Virus record (IMG/VR): IMGVR_UViG_3300050160_000037
Coordinates: 1,565-65,564 of that record
Source: a virus
Taxonomy: Duplodnaviria > Caudoviricetes
Strand: one strand, 5' to 3'
DNA length: 64,000 nt
Shown: in pieces, positions 1 to 10,914 of the stretch
How the letters are laid out: each line of letters begins with the position of its first letter
Numbering within the stretch: the stretch's first letter is position 1
Notes under the pieces: model-generated
What the model was told of the DNA's origin: nothing
What the model saw: only the letters and a program-made list of their open reading frames with translations
The model's database searches: none
Translations under genes and position numbers: made by a program

Positions 1-1
1 C

Positions 2-895
2 CTATCCATGAACCAAGTCTTCCTGTCCAAGCGGGAAGTGGTTCGGGTCACCAACGAAGAGTTCGTTGAGGTGGATCGTGATGACCTTCAGGGCAATTAT
101 GACCTTGAAGCTGACATCAGCACGGCTGAGGTGGACAACCAAAAGGCCCAAGATCTGGCGTTTATGCTCCAGACCATCGGCAATGGTATGGACATCAGCA
201 TCACGCTGATGATCCTCGCCGAGATCGCTGATCTGAAGCGTATGCCCGATCTGGCCAAGAAGCTCCGGACCTTCAAGCCGACGCTCAGCCCTGAGCAGCA
301 GCAGCTTCATGAGCTGGCTCTGGAGAAGGCCAAGCTCGAAATCGAAGAGCTGAAATCTCAGATCGAGCTGAACCGTGCCAAGGCCAAGCAGGCAGAGGCC
401 ACGGCTGACAAGGCCAATCTCGATTATGTCGAGCAGGAAACCGGCACTGCCCATGCTCGTGACATGGCCAAACAGGCCGGTCAGGCACGGGGCAATCAGG
501 ATCTGGCTGTCACCAAGGCACTGCTCGATAAGCGAAAGAATGCTGACGGGTCTGAAACGAAGCCTGACGTTGAGGCTGCCGTTGGCTGGAACCAAGTGTC
601 CGGCCATCTGGCTGATCCCCATCCGGCAACTGGTGGTGTGGGTGGGTTCACTCCTCCCCCCGGAAATGCTGACGTTGCACCACTTCAGCCTCAGCTTGCA
701 CCGTTGGATCCCAACGCTATTCCTCAGCAGGAACAGCCCCAGCCTCCGATGATCGCCGTGGGCAAGTCCTATGGTGGCGAAGTCGGGGAAGGTGAAAGCG
801 AGTTGGAAGACAAAAAGTCTGACGTTGACAACGCACCCCAAGTTGGTGGAACAGAGAAATTGGAAATGTCAGGGTCATACGAAGACACTGACTGA
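2..895 (+). CDS. Portal protein, C-terminal part (N4 gp59-like); 5'-truncated by the window
   Basis: The frame is open from the window edge. [38 protein letters not shown] resembles N4-like portals, and the gene sits two genes upstream of the capsid gene as in N4. Confidence 0.85.
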   Translation, partial: LSMNQVFLSKREVVRVTNEEFVEVDRDDLQGNYDLEADISTAEVDNQKAQDLAFMLQTIGNGMDISITLMILAEIADLKRMPDLAKKLRTFKPTLSPEQQQLHELALEKAKLEIEELKSQIELNRAKAKQAEATADKANLDYVEQETGTAHARDMAKQAGQARGNQDLAVTKALLDKRKNADGSETKPDVEAAVGWNQVSGHLADPHPATGGVGGFTPPPGNADVAPLQPQLAPLDPNAIPQQEQPQPPMIAVGKSYGGEVGEGESELEDKKSDVDNAPQVGGTEKLEMSGSYEDTD

Positions 896-936
896 TCCAA
901 TGAGACCAAAAACCCAAGATATTCTGAGGCCAAAAA

Positions 937-1275
937 ATGAACCACATTGAACGTCTCGAACAGCAGCAGTCGGATGAACGGGAGCGTGTTGCTCGTCGTG
1001 ATGCCATTCTGCGTCTGGCCGACAACCCCGATTTCCGTAAGGTGATCATCGAAGATTTCAGCACCAAAGAGTGTGCTCGGTATGTCCGGGAGTCGGTCAG
1101 TCCGGCTCTGGGTGAAAAGGAACGTGCTGATGCACTGGCCATGGCTCAGGCTGCTGGCTACCTGAAGCAGTTCCTGAACGTGAACATCCAGATGGGTGAC
1201 ACTGCCGAAAACACCATCCGTGACATCGACGAGGCTCTCGCCGAAGCTCGTGCTGAAGAAGGGGGTGACGACTGA
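937..1275 (+). CDS. Conserved N4-like hypothetical protein (gp58 position)
   Basis: 112-aa helical ORF between portal and scaffold. Its stop overlaps the next start (TGATG). Confidence 0.75.
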   Translation: MNHIERLEQQQSDERERVARRDAILRLADNPDFRKVIIEDFSTKECARYVRESVSPALGEKERADALAMAQAAGYLKQFLNVNIQMGDTAENTIRDIDEALAEARAEEGGDD

Positions 1276-2534
1276 TGGCTGATCCCGTGAACCCCCTCGC
1301 TCTGTCGGACGAGGATTTCGCCAAGTTCAACACACCCGAGGAGGTGAGCGGGAACGCTGCCCCTGTCGTTGAAACCCCTGCTGAGCCTGTGGTTGAAGCA
1401 CCGGTCGTGGAAGCTCCTGCTGCTGTTGAGACCCCAGTGGTTCCAGCAGCAGCAGAGCCTGCTGCACCCGTCGTTGAAGCACCAAAGGCTGAAGAGCCTG
1501 TGGCTGAGCCGGATGACAAGAGCTTTCCCACTGTGCCTCCTGCGGTTGAAGAACCGAAGGCTGAAGCAAAGCCAGAGGAAAAGCCTGCTGAGCCTGAAGC
1601 CAAGACTGAAGCTGAGGGTGAAGAAAAGCCCAAAGCTGAAGGCGAAGCCGAAGCTCCAGCTCTGAATTACGCTGAGATCGGTGAGCTGATCATGAAGCCG
1701 TTCAAAGCGAACGGTAAAATGATCGAGGTCAAGACTCCCGACGAGGCCGTCAAGCTCATGCAGATGGGTGCTCACTACACCCGTAAAATGCAGGCTATCC
1801 AACCGCATCGCAAGGTGCTAACTATGTTGGAGAACAATGGACTTCTCGACGAAGACCGGCTCGGCTTCTTGATCGACATCGACAAGAAGAACCCGGAAGC
1901 AATCAAGAAGCTCATTAAAGATGCTGGGATCGATCCGCTGGAGATCGATACTGGTGTCGAACCAGCTTACGAAGGTGGCAGTCACAAAGTCACTGACGCT
2001 GAGATGGATTTCAGCACTGCCGTTGAGGATCTCGTATCCTCGGATGGTGGCAAGGAGTCTCTCGAAGTGTTCAACACGACTTGGGACCAAGCCAGCAAGG
2101 AGTTGGTGTTTGCCGAACCGGGGCTGTTGCAGACGATGCACACTCAGAAGCAGAACGGTATCTATGACCGAATTGCGGCTGAGATTGATCGTCAGCGAAC
2201 GCTCGGTACGATCACGGTGAACACACCGTTCATTTCTGCGTACCAGACTGTTGGCACAGAACTGCATAATGCAGGGGCGTTCAACGATCTGGCACCGAAG
2301 GTAAACCCTCCGGCCTCGGATGAAGGCAAGCCCCCAATCGTTTCGGCGGAAACGACGGCGGCACCTCAGCCCGTAGCAACCCGTGCAGCGGCTCCCAAGG
2401 TGGTGGTGGATAACGGTGACAAGGTGGTGGCAGCGTCTCCGACGAATACCTCTGCCCGGCCAGCAAAACCCGTCGTGGACATCTTTGCGATGTCTGATGA
2501 AGACTTCATGGCCTCGATGAAGGGCCGTGTATAA
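1275..2534 (+). CDS. N4 gp57-like protein (probable capsid scaffold/assembly protein)
   Basis: A/E/P/V-rich low-complexity N-half, a conserved-looking core (KPFKANGKMIEV...MQMGAHYTRKM), and position directly before the capsid gene. Confidence 0.75.
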   Translation: MADPVNPLALSDEDFAKFNTPEEVSGNAAPVVETPAEPVVEAPVVEAPAAVETPVVPAAAEPAAPVVEAPKAEEPVAEPDDKSFPTVPPAVEEPKAEAKPEEKPAEPEAKTEAEGEEKPKAEGEAEAPALNYAEIGELIMKPFKANGKMIEVKTPDEAVKLMQMGAHYTRKMQAIQPHRKVLTMLENNGLLDEDRLGFLIDIDKKNPEAIKKLIKDAGIDPLEIDTGVEPAYEGGSHKVTDAEMDFSTAVEDLVSSDGGKESLEVFNTTWDQASKELVFAEPGLLQTMHTQKQNGIYDRIAAEIDRQRTLGTITVNTPFISAYQTVGTELHNAGAFNDLAPKVNPPASDEGKPPIVSAETTAAPQPVATRAAAPKVVVDNGDKVVAASPTNTSARPAKPVVDIFAMSDEDFMASMKGRV

Positions 2535-2546
2535 GGATTTTCCGCC

Positions 2547-3761
2547 ATGTTGAACTACAATGCCCCCATCGATGGACAGAAGTCCAGCATCGATGCGAAC
2601 TCGAACTCGAACCAGATGAATGCCTACTTCTGGCTGAAGAAGGCGATCATCGACGCCCGTCGTGAGCAGTATTTCATGCAGCTTGCTTCGGTCACCAACA
2701 TGCCGAAGAACTTCGGCAAGACCATCAAGGTCTACCAGTACATTCCGCTGCTGGATGACCGCAACGTCAACGACATGGGCATCGACGCAAACGGTGTCAC
2801 CATCGCCAACGGCAACCTCTATGGTTCCAGCCGTGACGTGGGTGCCATTGCTTCGAAGCTCCCGGCGCTGACCGAAAACGGTGGCCGTGTGAACCGGGTG
2901 GGCTTCACCCGTGTCGAGCGTGAAGGTTCAATCCACAAGTTTGGCTTCTTCACCGAGTTCACGCAGGAAAGCATGGACTTCGACTCGGACGCTGACCTGA
3001 TGTCGCACCTCAGCCGTGAGCTGATGAACGGTGCAGTTCAGATGACCGAAGCTGCTCTCCAGATGGACCTGCTCGCCGCTCCCGGCGTCGTGGTCTACTC
3101 GGGTGCTGCAACGGCAGTGAACGAGATCGCTGGTGAAGTCATCGGCGGTGCTCCGGTCTCGGTGGTCGATTATGATGACCTGATGCGTCTGGATCAGATC
3201 CTCACCGACAACCGTACCCCGACTTCGACCACGGTCATCTCGGGCAGCCGACTCATCGACACGATGACCATCGGTGCCACCCGTGTGCTCTACGTCGGCT
3301 CGGAGCTGGCCCCGGTTCTGAAGCGGATGAAGGATCCGTTCGACAATCCGGCGTTCATCGCTGTCCAGCACTATTCGGATGCTGGCACGCTGCTTAACGG
3401 TGAGATCGGTTCCATCGACAAGTTCCGCATCATTCAGGTTCCCGAGATGCTGCACTGGGCCGGTGCCGGTCATGCCGTGGTTACCAACCCCGGCTATCGT
3501 ACCGAGACTGTCCTCGGCACTGAACGCTACAACGTCTACCCCATGCTCTGCATCGGTGATGACAGCTTCACGACCATCGGTTTCCAGACCGATGGGAAGA
3601 CGATGAAGTTCAACATCATGACCAAGATGCCCGGCATGGAAACTGCCGACCGGAATGATCCGTATGGTGAGACCGGCTTCAGCTCGATCAAGTGGTACTA
3701 CGGTATCCTGATCAAGCGTCCGGAACGTATCGGCGTCATCAAGACGGTTGCCCCGGTCTAA
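2547..3761 (+). CDS. Major capsid protein (N4 gp56 family)
   Basis: 404 aa starting [16 protein letters not shown], containing [10 protein letters not shown] and ending [16 protein letters not shown], all typical of N4-family MCP. Strong codon bias and a downstream terminator. Confidence 0.95.
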   Translation: MLNYNAPIDGQKSSIDANSNSNQMNAYFWLKKAIIDARREQYFMQLASVTNMPKNFGKTIKVYQYIPLLDDRNVNDMGIDANGVTIANGNLYGSSRDVGAIASKLPALTENGGRVNRVGFTRVEREGSIHKFGFFTEFTQESMDFDSDADLMSHLSRELMNGAVQMTEAALQMDLLAAPGVVVYSGAATAVNEIAGEVIGGAPVSVVDYDDLMRLDQILTDNRTPTSTTVISGSRLIDTMTIGATRVLYVGSELAPVLKRMKDPFDNPAFIAVQHYSDAGTLLNGEIGSIDKFRIIQVPEMLHWAGAGHAVVTNPGYRTETVLGTERYNVYPMLCIGDDSFTTIGFQTDGKTMKFNIMTKMPGMETADRNDPYGETGFSSIKWYYGILIKRPERIGVIKTVAPV

Positions 3762-3785
3762 GTCTGGTGGCATGAAGCAAAGTTG

Positions 3786-3819
3786 GGGGACAGGAGTTCG
3801 CTCTTGTCCCCTTTCTTTT
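3786..3819 (+). terminator. Rho-independent terminator after MCP
   Basis: GGGGACAGGAG-TTCG-CTCTTGTCCCC followed by TTTCTTTT. Confidence 0.85.
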
Positions 3820-3851
3820 GACCAAAATCTAAACCCAGAGGTATTTCTCTC

Positions 3852-4676
3852 ATGAGCGATAACGAACAGAGCAGCGGCTCTCCTTCGGAACTGGAACTCC
3901 TCAAGGCTCGGGCACGCTTGCTCGGTGTCGAGTTCTCCAACAACATCGGTCTCGAAACGCTCCGTGAGCGTGTGGCTGCCAAGATGGCTGCCATGGATGG
4001 CGATGATGCTCCGATCAGTCAGCCCACCACACAAGCCACCGAACAGAGCACCAGCGATCAGCCCAATCCTCCGGATCAAGTCGAAGGCGAAAATCCCCTT
4101 GGTGACTTTGACGATGACATCGAAGAAGAAGCTGCGGACGAGATCACTCAGCCTGCTGTGCTGAGCACCAGCCCCATCGAATTGAAGCCGATTGCCCCAC
4201 TCGTGGCACCGGATCTGCCGGACCCCACCAAGTCCACCTCTCTTGGTTCCCCGGTGGCGGAAGCCACCGACAAGCCACTGACTTTCCGTCAGCAGCTTTT
4301 CAATGACAATATGAAGCTGATCCGGGTTCGCATTCAGAACCTCGACCCGAAGAAGAAGGATCTCTCAGGCGAGATCATCTCGGTGTCGAACAAGGTGCTG
4401 GGCACGGTGAAGCGGTTCGTGCCCTATGGTGAGAGCATGGACGATAACGGCTGGCATATTCCCTATGTGATCTACAAGGAGCTGAGCAGCCGCAAGTTCC
4501 TCCAGATCACGACCAGCAAGGATCGCCAGACTAAGCAGGTAAAGGTGGTGAAACGCTGGGCCAAGGAGTTCGCTTTCGAGGTGCTGCCCCCTCTGTCCGA
4601 GAAGGAGCTGAAGGCTCTCGCTGCTGCTCAGGCGGCTGCTGGCTCCATCGAAAACAGTGCTGACCAGATCCTCTGA
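3852..4676 (+). CDS. N4 gp55-like protein
   Basis: ELELLKARARLLGVEFSNNIGLETLRERV at the N-terminus and KLIRVRIQNLDPKKKDLSGEIISV, plus synteny after MCP. Confidence 0.8.
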   Translation: MSDNEQSSGSPSELELLKARARLLGVEFSNNIGLETLRERVAAKMAAMDGDDAPISQPTTQATEQSTSDQPNPPDQVEGENPLGDFDDDIEEEAADEITQPAVLSTSPIELKPIAPLVAPDLPDPTKSTSLGSPVAEATDKPLTFRQQLFNDNMKLIRVRIQNLDPKKKDLSGEIISVSNKVLGTVKRFVPYGESMDDNGWHIPYVIYKELSSRKFLQITTSKDRQTKQVKVVKRWAKEFAFEVLPPLSEKELKALAAAQAAAGSIENSADQIL

Positions 4677-4699
4677 TCTGAACCAAGAGGAACCTTCGA

Positions 4700-5644
4700 A
4701 TGAGCTGTGGTGCTGAAACTGAAGCAAATGCCCTTTTGGCCACTCTGTTGGCTGCTGAGGACGTTACGCTGCCGGAGATCAACTTTGACGCTGATGCGTT
4801 CAAGATCCCGGATGAGACAACCAGTGCCATCAAGGAGCTGATCGTTCACCTCAAGCCTGAGGAAATCAGCACTGGCTCAATCGAAGGTTCCGGAGTCTTC
4901 GACATCATCATGCGTGGGATGAAGGCTCATCTCACGGAAGAGTATAACCGCAACCGGATCACCGGAGCCGAATACACCAAGGCCTATGTGGCCTTGGTTG
5001 ACGGTGCCATGCAGCAGTCGATCCAGTTCCTGATCAACAAGGATCAGGTCTTCTGGCAGGCTCAGTCTGCCCAGCTCGCTGCCTACACGGCACGGGTCCA
5101 GCTCGAAGCTGCCAAGATGCAGCTTGCGACTGCAAAATTCCAAGCCCTGACCGCCAAAAGCGAATACGGGCTGACCAAGATGAAAATCTCGTCTGAGAGC
5201 ATGGCCTACTGCACGGCCAAGTTCCAACTCGATTTCATCTTGCCGCTGAACAAGGGCCAACTCGAAAAGCAGCTTGTTCTGATCGACAAGCAGACCGCTG
5301 GGGCAGAGCTTCAGAACCTGACTGCCCAGTTCCAGTTGGATACTCTGCTGCCTGCTCAGAAGCTCCAACTCGACGAGCAGACCAATGCCCAGCGTGCCCA
5401 GACGAGCAACACTCGTTTGGATGGCACACCTGTGGTTGGTATCCTCGGTAAGCAGAAGGATCTCTACCAGCAGCAGATTGTGTCGTATCAGCGTGACGCT
5501 GAAGTCAAGGCAGCCAAGCTGTTCACTGATGCTTGGATCACCATGAAGACCATCGACGAAGGCTTGCTGCCCCCGACGAACTTCCAGAACACGTCTCTGG
5601 ATGCGATCCTCGCTGACCTGAAGACCAACAACGCTATCGGGTAA
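4700..5644 (+). CDS. N4 gp54-like structural protein
   Basis: GSGVFDIIM...RITGAEYTKAY and C-terminal KAAKLFTDAWIT..TIDEG, plus synteny. Confidence 0.8.
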   Translation: MSCGAETEANALLATLLAAEDVTLPEINFDADAFKIPDETTSAIKELIVHLKPEEISTGSIEGSGVFDIIMRGMKAHLTEEYNRNRITGAEYTKAYVALVDGAMQQSIQFLINKDQVFWQAQSAQLAAYTARVQLEAAKMQLATAKFQALTAKSEYGLTKMKISSESMAYCTAKFQLDFILPLNKGQLEKQLVLIDKQTAGAELQNLTAQFQLDTLLPAQKLQLDEQTNAQRAQTSNTRLDGTPVVGILGKQKDLYQQQIVSYQRDAEVKAAKLFTDAWITMKTIDEGLLPPTNFQNTSLDAILADLKTNNAIG

Positions 5645-5652
5645 AAGCCTCT

Positions 5653-8301
5653 ATGGGCCTGTTTTCCTCAACCAAAATCTATGTCTCCAGCGTGGTTTAC
5701 AACCTCGCTGGAGCAGAGGAAGGCCGCCCAGATTTCCTGAAAAGCCTGATCCAAGGGAATATTATCAGCTCCACGAACTTCGATGTCGTGGACACCTTGC
5801 AATCTGGTTACTTGAAAGGTCCGGGGGTCAAGCTCCGGAACTTTTTCAACTGGGCTGAAGACAACTACACCTATGTGGGTATGCCCAAAGGTGGGTTCTT
5901 CAGCTCGTTTGACATCGACAACGATGTGGTGGCAGCGAACATTCCCCATGATACTGGGGCAAATGTCACGCTGTCTGAAGTCATCGTAGATGGTGCAGAC
6001 AATTACTATTTTGCTGATCGGTGGATGTTGGAAAACTACCCTGATCAGGAAGACGATGGTGTTTGGACTTCTGACTTTGATGATGTGACCAACGAGATCG
6101 TGGTGACGTTGGCTGACACCAGCGTTCATCGATTTGTTGATCCGGATTTCGATCAACGAGGTGATTACCTCTATGCCACGTACAGCATCAGCACTCTGGG
6201 ATCATCCGGTCCTGTTGAGACTGGGACGCTGAACGATATTGGAACCAGTGCCTTCCCGGACATGACCGGCTGGAGCTTGGTAAGCAATGCCAGCACTGGC
6301 CATACTGAGACCCTAAACCGGACTACGACGGTGGTTTCCTCCTACTCAGATGGGCGACCTGACGAGACTTCGAGCAGCAGCACCACCTCTTCTGGTTCAT
6401 GGACAGAAGTCCACGAAGTCTACGACAAGGTGGAATATCAGGGGAAAGACCCCCTGCTTGATCGAACGTGGTCTCTCCGGACGATCCAGAACCGAACCCA
6501 GTTGGCTCACCTGCACGCTGATTTCGTCAGCACGAACACGACCACTACAGGCATTGGTGGTGGGGTGACGAGGACCGATGTGACCACGGTGACCCAAGAG
6601 GTCATCGTGCTGGACCGATCCTATCGGGATGATACACAGGACATCACTATCAGCAGCTTTGAAGGCCCCAAGGTCTTCATCTACAAGCTGCTGTCTGGCA
6701 TCCCTGCTATCGATGCAGCCGTTCACCGAACGACGCCGACGGATCAGTATTATCCGTTCATTCCAGCACGGCTGGACAACAAGATGGTCGATGAGACCAA
6801 CTTCCCAGATCTGTATCCTATCGCCAAAAAGGCTTACAAAAAGTCCACTGGTGGCAAATACGACACGTTTATTAAGAAGATCTCCGAGAACGAAAAGATC
6901 GATGACATCGATTATGTCTATTGTGTCTTTGGGGTCTCAGCGAATGTGATCGAGCGTGACTGCCGACACTACATGTATCTGTACCTGAAGGCTCTTCAGG
7001 AAAGCCAGCTCTACGACACTAGCCATTATACGGCATGGAAAGGCTCGATGCTCAGTGCAGCGTCGAGCAACGACATGTGGAAGCAATGGAAGGATGCCCA
7101 GAGCCATCCTCTTGATCCACTGTACGGAACGCCTGAGCCGCTGCCCAGCCGGTTCTCGTCGATCCCGACCAACGAGGTCAAGATCAGCTCGGACGGTACT
7201 GGGCCGGAGAACCTCAACTACGATATTCGCATCTCGTGGCAGAGCATCTCGGAGGATACCGGCACAGGGATCCTGACGACGGGCAAGAAGAAGGGTGACA
7301 TCTGGTGGACAGCCAATGGCACCGAGGTCTTTCCGACAGCTCTGAAGGGCAGCTCCCGGACCATCTCCGTGGATCACATGGAGCTGAATTGGCAGGTAGA
7401 CGAGACAAGCTGGAAACGCCTGAACGTCGTGGGCATGGTTCATCGGAACTATATCTACAAAGGCAAATTCGTTGAGATCGGTCTCAAAGCAGCGGTTGCT
7501 GATCCCGACGAGTCGGGCTTCATTTTCCCGTTGCACAAGGAGATCTACCATTCGCTGCCGTTGACGCATGGAACCCAGATGGCGACAGCTTGCTGCTTCG
7601 CCGTGCTGAACTGCTATGTGGTGAAGAAGACGGGCTTTTTCGGATCGTTCTTTTTCAAGATCATTCTGTTCGTGGTGGTCATTGCCATCAGTGTGTATTT
7701 CCCTCCTGCGGCAGGTTTGCTTGGTTCCAATGCTGCCGTTGGGGCAGCACTCGGATTTACTGGACTGGCTGGCCTTGTGGTCGGTGCTGTGGCTAATCTG
7801 GTGGCAGCGTCACTGCTGCTTAAGATTATCGGTGCTGTGGCTGTGGTGGTGTTTGGGGACAAACTAGGTGCCATCATCGGAGCGATTGCTGGCTTTATCG
7901 CCATCACCGTTGGGGCTGGAATGCTGAATGGTCAGTCGTTCTCGACTGCCATCAGCCAGCTCGGCACGATCACCAACATCATGGGGCTGTCCAACGCTGC
8001 TGGTCAGGGCATTCAAGGCTATGTGCAAGCCTCAATTGCTGACATGAACCGGCAGCTTACGGTTCTCCAAGATGAAGCTAAGTCGAAGCAAGCCGAGTTG
8101 AAGAGCCTCTATGCAGAGAATATCGGCTATGGTAGGGGTCAGTACAATGCGATGGCATTGACGGACTACGTTCCGCTGACACCCGAGAGGCCTTCGGTCT
8201 TTTTGGCAAGGACGCAGATGGTAGGTTCGGATAATATCTCCATGCAAATGGCGTTTATCCGAGACTTCGCCAAGCTGACCCTCGCTATTGACTTACCGTA
8301 A
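5653..8301 (+). CDS. N4 gp53-like virion protein with C-terminal hydrophobic segments
   Basis: 882 aa starting MGLFSSTKIYVSSVVYNLAG, with several hydrophobic stretches near aa 670-760. Synteny. Confidence 0.75.
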   Translation: MGLFSSTKIYVSSVVYNLAGAEEGRPDFLKSLIQGNIISSTNFDVVDTLQSGYLKGPGVKLRNFFNWAEDNYTYVGMPKGGFFSSFDIDNDVVAANIPHDTGANVTLSEVIVDGADNYYFADRWMLENYPDQEDDGVWTSDFDDVTNEIVVTLADTSVHRFVDPDFDQRGDYLYATYSISTLGSSGPVETGTLNDIGTSAFPDMTGWSLVSNASTGHTETLNRTTTVVSSYSDGRPDETSSSSTTSSGSWTEVHEVYDKVEYQGKDPLLDRTWSLRTIQNRTQLAHLHADFVSTNTTTTGIGGGVTRTDVTTVTQEVIVLDRSYRDDTQDITISSFEGPKVFIYKLLSGIPAIDAAVHRTTPTDQYYPFIPARLDNKMVDETNFPDLYPIAKKAYKKSTGGKYDTFIKKISENEKIDDIDYVYCVFGVSANVIERDCRHYMYLYLKALQESQLYDTSHYTAWKGSMLSAASSNDMWKQWKDAQSHPLDPLYGTPEPLPSRFSSIPTNEVKISSDGTGPENLNYDIRISWQSISEDTGTGILTTGKKKGDIWWTANGTEVFPTALKGSSRTISVDHMELNWQVDETSWKRLNVVGMVHRNYIYKGKFVEIGLKAAVADPDESGFIFPLHKEIYHSLPLTHGTQMATACCFAVLNCYVVKKTGFFGSFFFKIILFVVVIAISVYFPPAAGLLGSNAAVGAALGFTGLAGLVVGAVANLVAASLLLKIIGAVAVVVFGDKLGAIIGAIAGFIAITVGAGMLNGQSFSTAISQLGTITNIMGLSNAAGQGIQGYVQASIADMNRQLTVLQDEAKSKQAELKSLYAENIGYGRGQYNAMALTDYVPLTPERPSVFLARTQMVGSDNISMQMAFIRDFAKLTLAIDLP

Positions 8302-8312
8302 CGGGGTACGAA

Positions 8313-8804
8313 ATGTCGGGTAACATGGATCTCAACTCGATTGGAACACTGGGTTCAGGTGCTGACCTCAGTTCCTTGATCGGTTCGTTCGGTAGCTCCA
8401 ATGGTGGGGTAAACCCAACATATGCCATTCCCCAGATTGGGCCGATCAATCTGCCCACGATCAATGGCTTTGGTAGCAATGGCGGTGCCGTTACCGGTGC
8501 TGGGGGTCTATTTGGTGGTGTCAATGACAGCTCCAAAATTGGTACATGGGGTAAAGGCGGCAAAATTGACCTTGGGTTGCAAGGTCTACAGACTATCGGT
8601 GGTCTCATTGGTGCCTTTGGTTCCCTGTCTTTGGCCAACAAACAGTTCAATCTTCAGAAGGACGTGCTGAACACGAACCTGAAGAACCAGATCCAGTCCT
8701 ACAACACTGCCCTTGAAGACAAGGCTCGTTCTCGTGCCGCCGTCGAAGGACAGACCCCTGAACAGCAGGCAGCGTACATCGCTGCCAACAAGGCTACCCG
8801 GTAA
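8313..8804 (+). CDS. N4 gp52-like small virion (ejection) protein
   Basis: Gly-rich N-terminus and NLKNQIQSYNTALEDKARSRA, two genes upstream of vRNAP. Confidence 0.75.
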   Translation: MSGNMDLNSIGTLGSGADLSSLIGSFGSSNGGVNPTYAIPQIGPINLPTINGFGSNGGAVTGAGGLFGGVNDSSKIGTWGKGGKIDLGLQGLQTIGGLIGAFGSLSLANKQFNLQKDVLNTNLKNQIQSYNTALEDKARSRAAVEGQTPEQQAAYIAANKATR

Positions 8805-8815
8805 GGAGTAATCAC

Positions 8816-10819
8816 ATGGCCCAGCTTACGTGGCGTGAGATGACTGCTCCGGATGTGAGCACGAGCCTCAAGGGATATGATCAATTCACGAGCCTTTTGA
8901 ACTCTGCCCTTGGAGGGGCACGAGATGCAATCGGTCGTGTGGATGATAATGCCAAAGAAGCATACAACAATCAGGTTCAGCTTGCTCTTGCTACGACGCA
9001 AGATCCGGCTGCTCTGAAAGCAGCTTTGACTGATCCTGCTCAAACGGCAAAGCTAAACCCGGCTCGTTTGAATGCTCAGACGATTGCTGCTATCGGTGCT
9101 CGTCCCGGCCAGCTCACACAACAGGCTGCTCAGGAGCTGGCTCTCAAGGACAGCACTCGTCTGTTTGATCAGGCTGTGACGGCTGACACTCGTGCTCCTC
9201 TGTTGGCTCAGGCTCATGAACTGAACCGACAGATCGGTCTTGGCGTCAAGGGTGCCAAGGAACAGTTTGCTGCCTTCTCGGCTGCGAACCCTGATCTGGT
9301 GAGCGGCCTTGGATACAAGACCACTTCTGAGTTCCAGAAGGGTCTCGAAGACGCTCAGAAATCCGGTCAGGATTTCACGATTGCTGGTAACACGGATACC
9401 CGTGCATGGAATGCCGATGCCCGAGCCAAGGACGAGAACTCTCGTCAGTGGGGCGAGTACGGTATGAAGAAGACCGAGTTCGGTTGGCGTGCTGATGATC
9501 GTCGAACTGACGAGATCGCCACTGGCTTTGTGGCTCAGGCTATGGCTGGCAGCGATCCGAACGATCCTGAGTCGATCCGTGCTGCTGTCTTTGCCAATCC
9601 CCAGCTTCAGGGCCAGAGTGGTAAGGTCAAGGCTGCCGTCTATAGTCGTTTGGCTGAGACGTTCCCCGGCCTGTTCAAGCCTGATGACGTTGGTGTTCCG
9701 GCAGGTGCAGGTGGCAGTTCGCTTGGCGGCGGGGGAGCCACTGGTTCCGACAATGGTCGTGTCATGGGGTGGTCTCCTGCTTCGGATAATTCTGCTGCTT
9801 CGGTCACGAACAAGATTGGCCTCATTGCCAAGAAAGCTGGTGCTGGTACTGATGCTCCACTAACCAAGGGTCAGTTCCTCAGTCTGGATATGACCCAGCT
9901 TGAGGGCAAACCTGCTGCCCCGAATAATTTCGGGAACATGAAGAACGTCGATGGTTCTTGGAAGAGCTTCAAGTCTCCTCAGGAATACTCGGCTGCCCAA
10001 AAGGCATGGCTTGAACGTCGGTGGAACGAGGGTGCTCGTACCGTCACCGATGCCGTGCTTGGCCGTCGTGTTGGTGGTGGTTCCACCCCTGCTGTGCAGG
10101 CTGGCATTGCTCTTCGCCATGGTCAGGAAAATCAGGGTCAGCCTGAAGCAAACGATCTCGTTGCTGCCGGTTCCAAGGATGCCAACCCACTCGATGTGAT
10201 CGATCAGCTCAAGGCCAATCCTCGGTTTGCTGGTACATCTCGCCAGTTCGTCAAAAGTGCTCTTGATGATATTGTTCATCAGGGCACGATTGTCGGTGCC
10301 AATGGCCAGCGTATTCAGCGTGTGAACTATGCTCAGGCTGCCATCATTCTCCAGCGTGCAACGCAGGAAAATAATGATAGTTGGGGCATCACGAATTGGC
10401 TGGGTGGCAACTCCGTTCGTGTGAACAAGAACGGTGACCGTATCAATTATAGCATGGTCAAGGAACTAACCGATGGCCTGAAGTCCGGTAACCTTCAAGG
10501 TCGTGTGGCTCGTGAAGCTGATCTGGCAACAGCGTCTGGTCAGATCGCTACGGCTCAGTCCCAAGCTGATGCTGCACTTGCGAACCTGAACCGGATCAGT
10601 GACCGTGCTCGTTCTCAGCCGCAGCTTGCCGGTGCAGTCACAACTGCCCAGCAAAAGTATGCTGCAATGGCTGCTCGGCTCGAAGCTCTGAAACGTCAGG
10701 TGGGTCCGTCTACTCAGCCGATCCCGGCAGCTCCTCAGCCGTCGTTCAGTCAACAGGCCAGCTCGATGTGGAATGACATCACCAACGGCAGCCTGTTCAC
10801 GATCCACCGAGGGAATTGA
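8816..10819 (+). CDS. N4 gp51-like internal virion protein
   Basis: 667-aa Ala/Gln-rich ORF starting MAQLTWRE, immediately upstream of vRNAP. Confidence 0.7.
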   Translation: MAQLTWREMTAPDVSTSLKGYDQFTSLLNSALGGARDAIGRVDDNAKEAYNNQVQLALATTQDPAALKAALTDPAQTAKLNPARLNAQTIAAIGARPGQLTQQAAQELALKDSTRLFDQAVTADTRAPLLAQAHELNRQIGLGVKGAKEQFAAFSAANPDLVSGLGYKTTSEFQKGLEDAQKSGQDFTIAGNTDTRAWNADARAKDENSRQWGEYGMKKTEFGWRADDRRTDEIATGFVAQAMAGSDPNDPESIRAAVFANPQLQGQSGKVKAAVYSRLAETFPGLFKPDDVGVPAGAGGSSLGGGGATGSDNGRVMGWSPASDNSAASVTNKIGLIAKKAGAGTDAPLTKGQFLSLDMTQLEGKPAAPNNFGNMKNVDGSWKSFKSPQEYSAAQKAWLERRWNEGARTVTDAVLGRRVGGGSTPAVQAGIALRHGQENQGQPEANDLVAAGSKDANPLDVIDQLKANPRFAGTSRQFVKSALDDIVHQGTIVGANGQRIQRVNYAQAAIILQRATQENNDSWGITNWLGGNSVRVNKNGDRINYSMVKELTDGLKSGNLQGRVAREADLATASGQIATAQSQADAALANLNRISDRARSQPQLAGAVTTAQQKYAAMAARLEALKRQVGPSTQPIPAAPQPSFSQQASSMWNDITNGSLFTIHRGN

Positions 10820-10822
10820 AAG

Positions 10823-10854
10823 AAACCCCCGAACTCACAAGGTTCGGGGGTTTT
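10823..10854 (+). terminator. Rho-independent terminator before vRNAP
   Basis: AAACCCCCGAAC-TCACAAG-GTTCGGGGGTTTT. Confidence 0.8.
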
Positions 10855-10914
10855 CAATTTACTCTGAGGCAATCCTGATGATATGGCTGTGCCATCCAAT
10901 TAACGGGGTGGCAG

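Noticed and set aside
1330-1665. VEAP/AEPE micro-repeats as a DNA repeat element
   Set aside because: This is protein-level low complexity within the scaffold gene, not a periodic DNA array.
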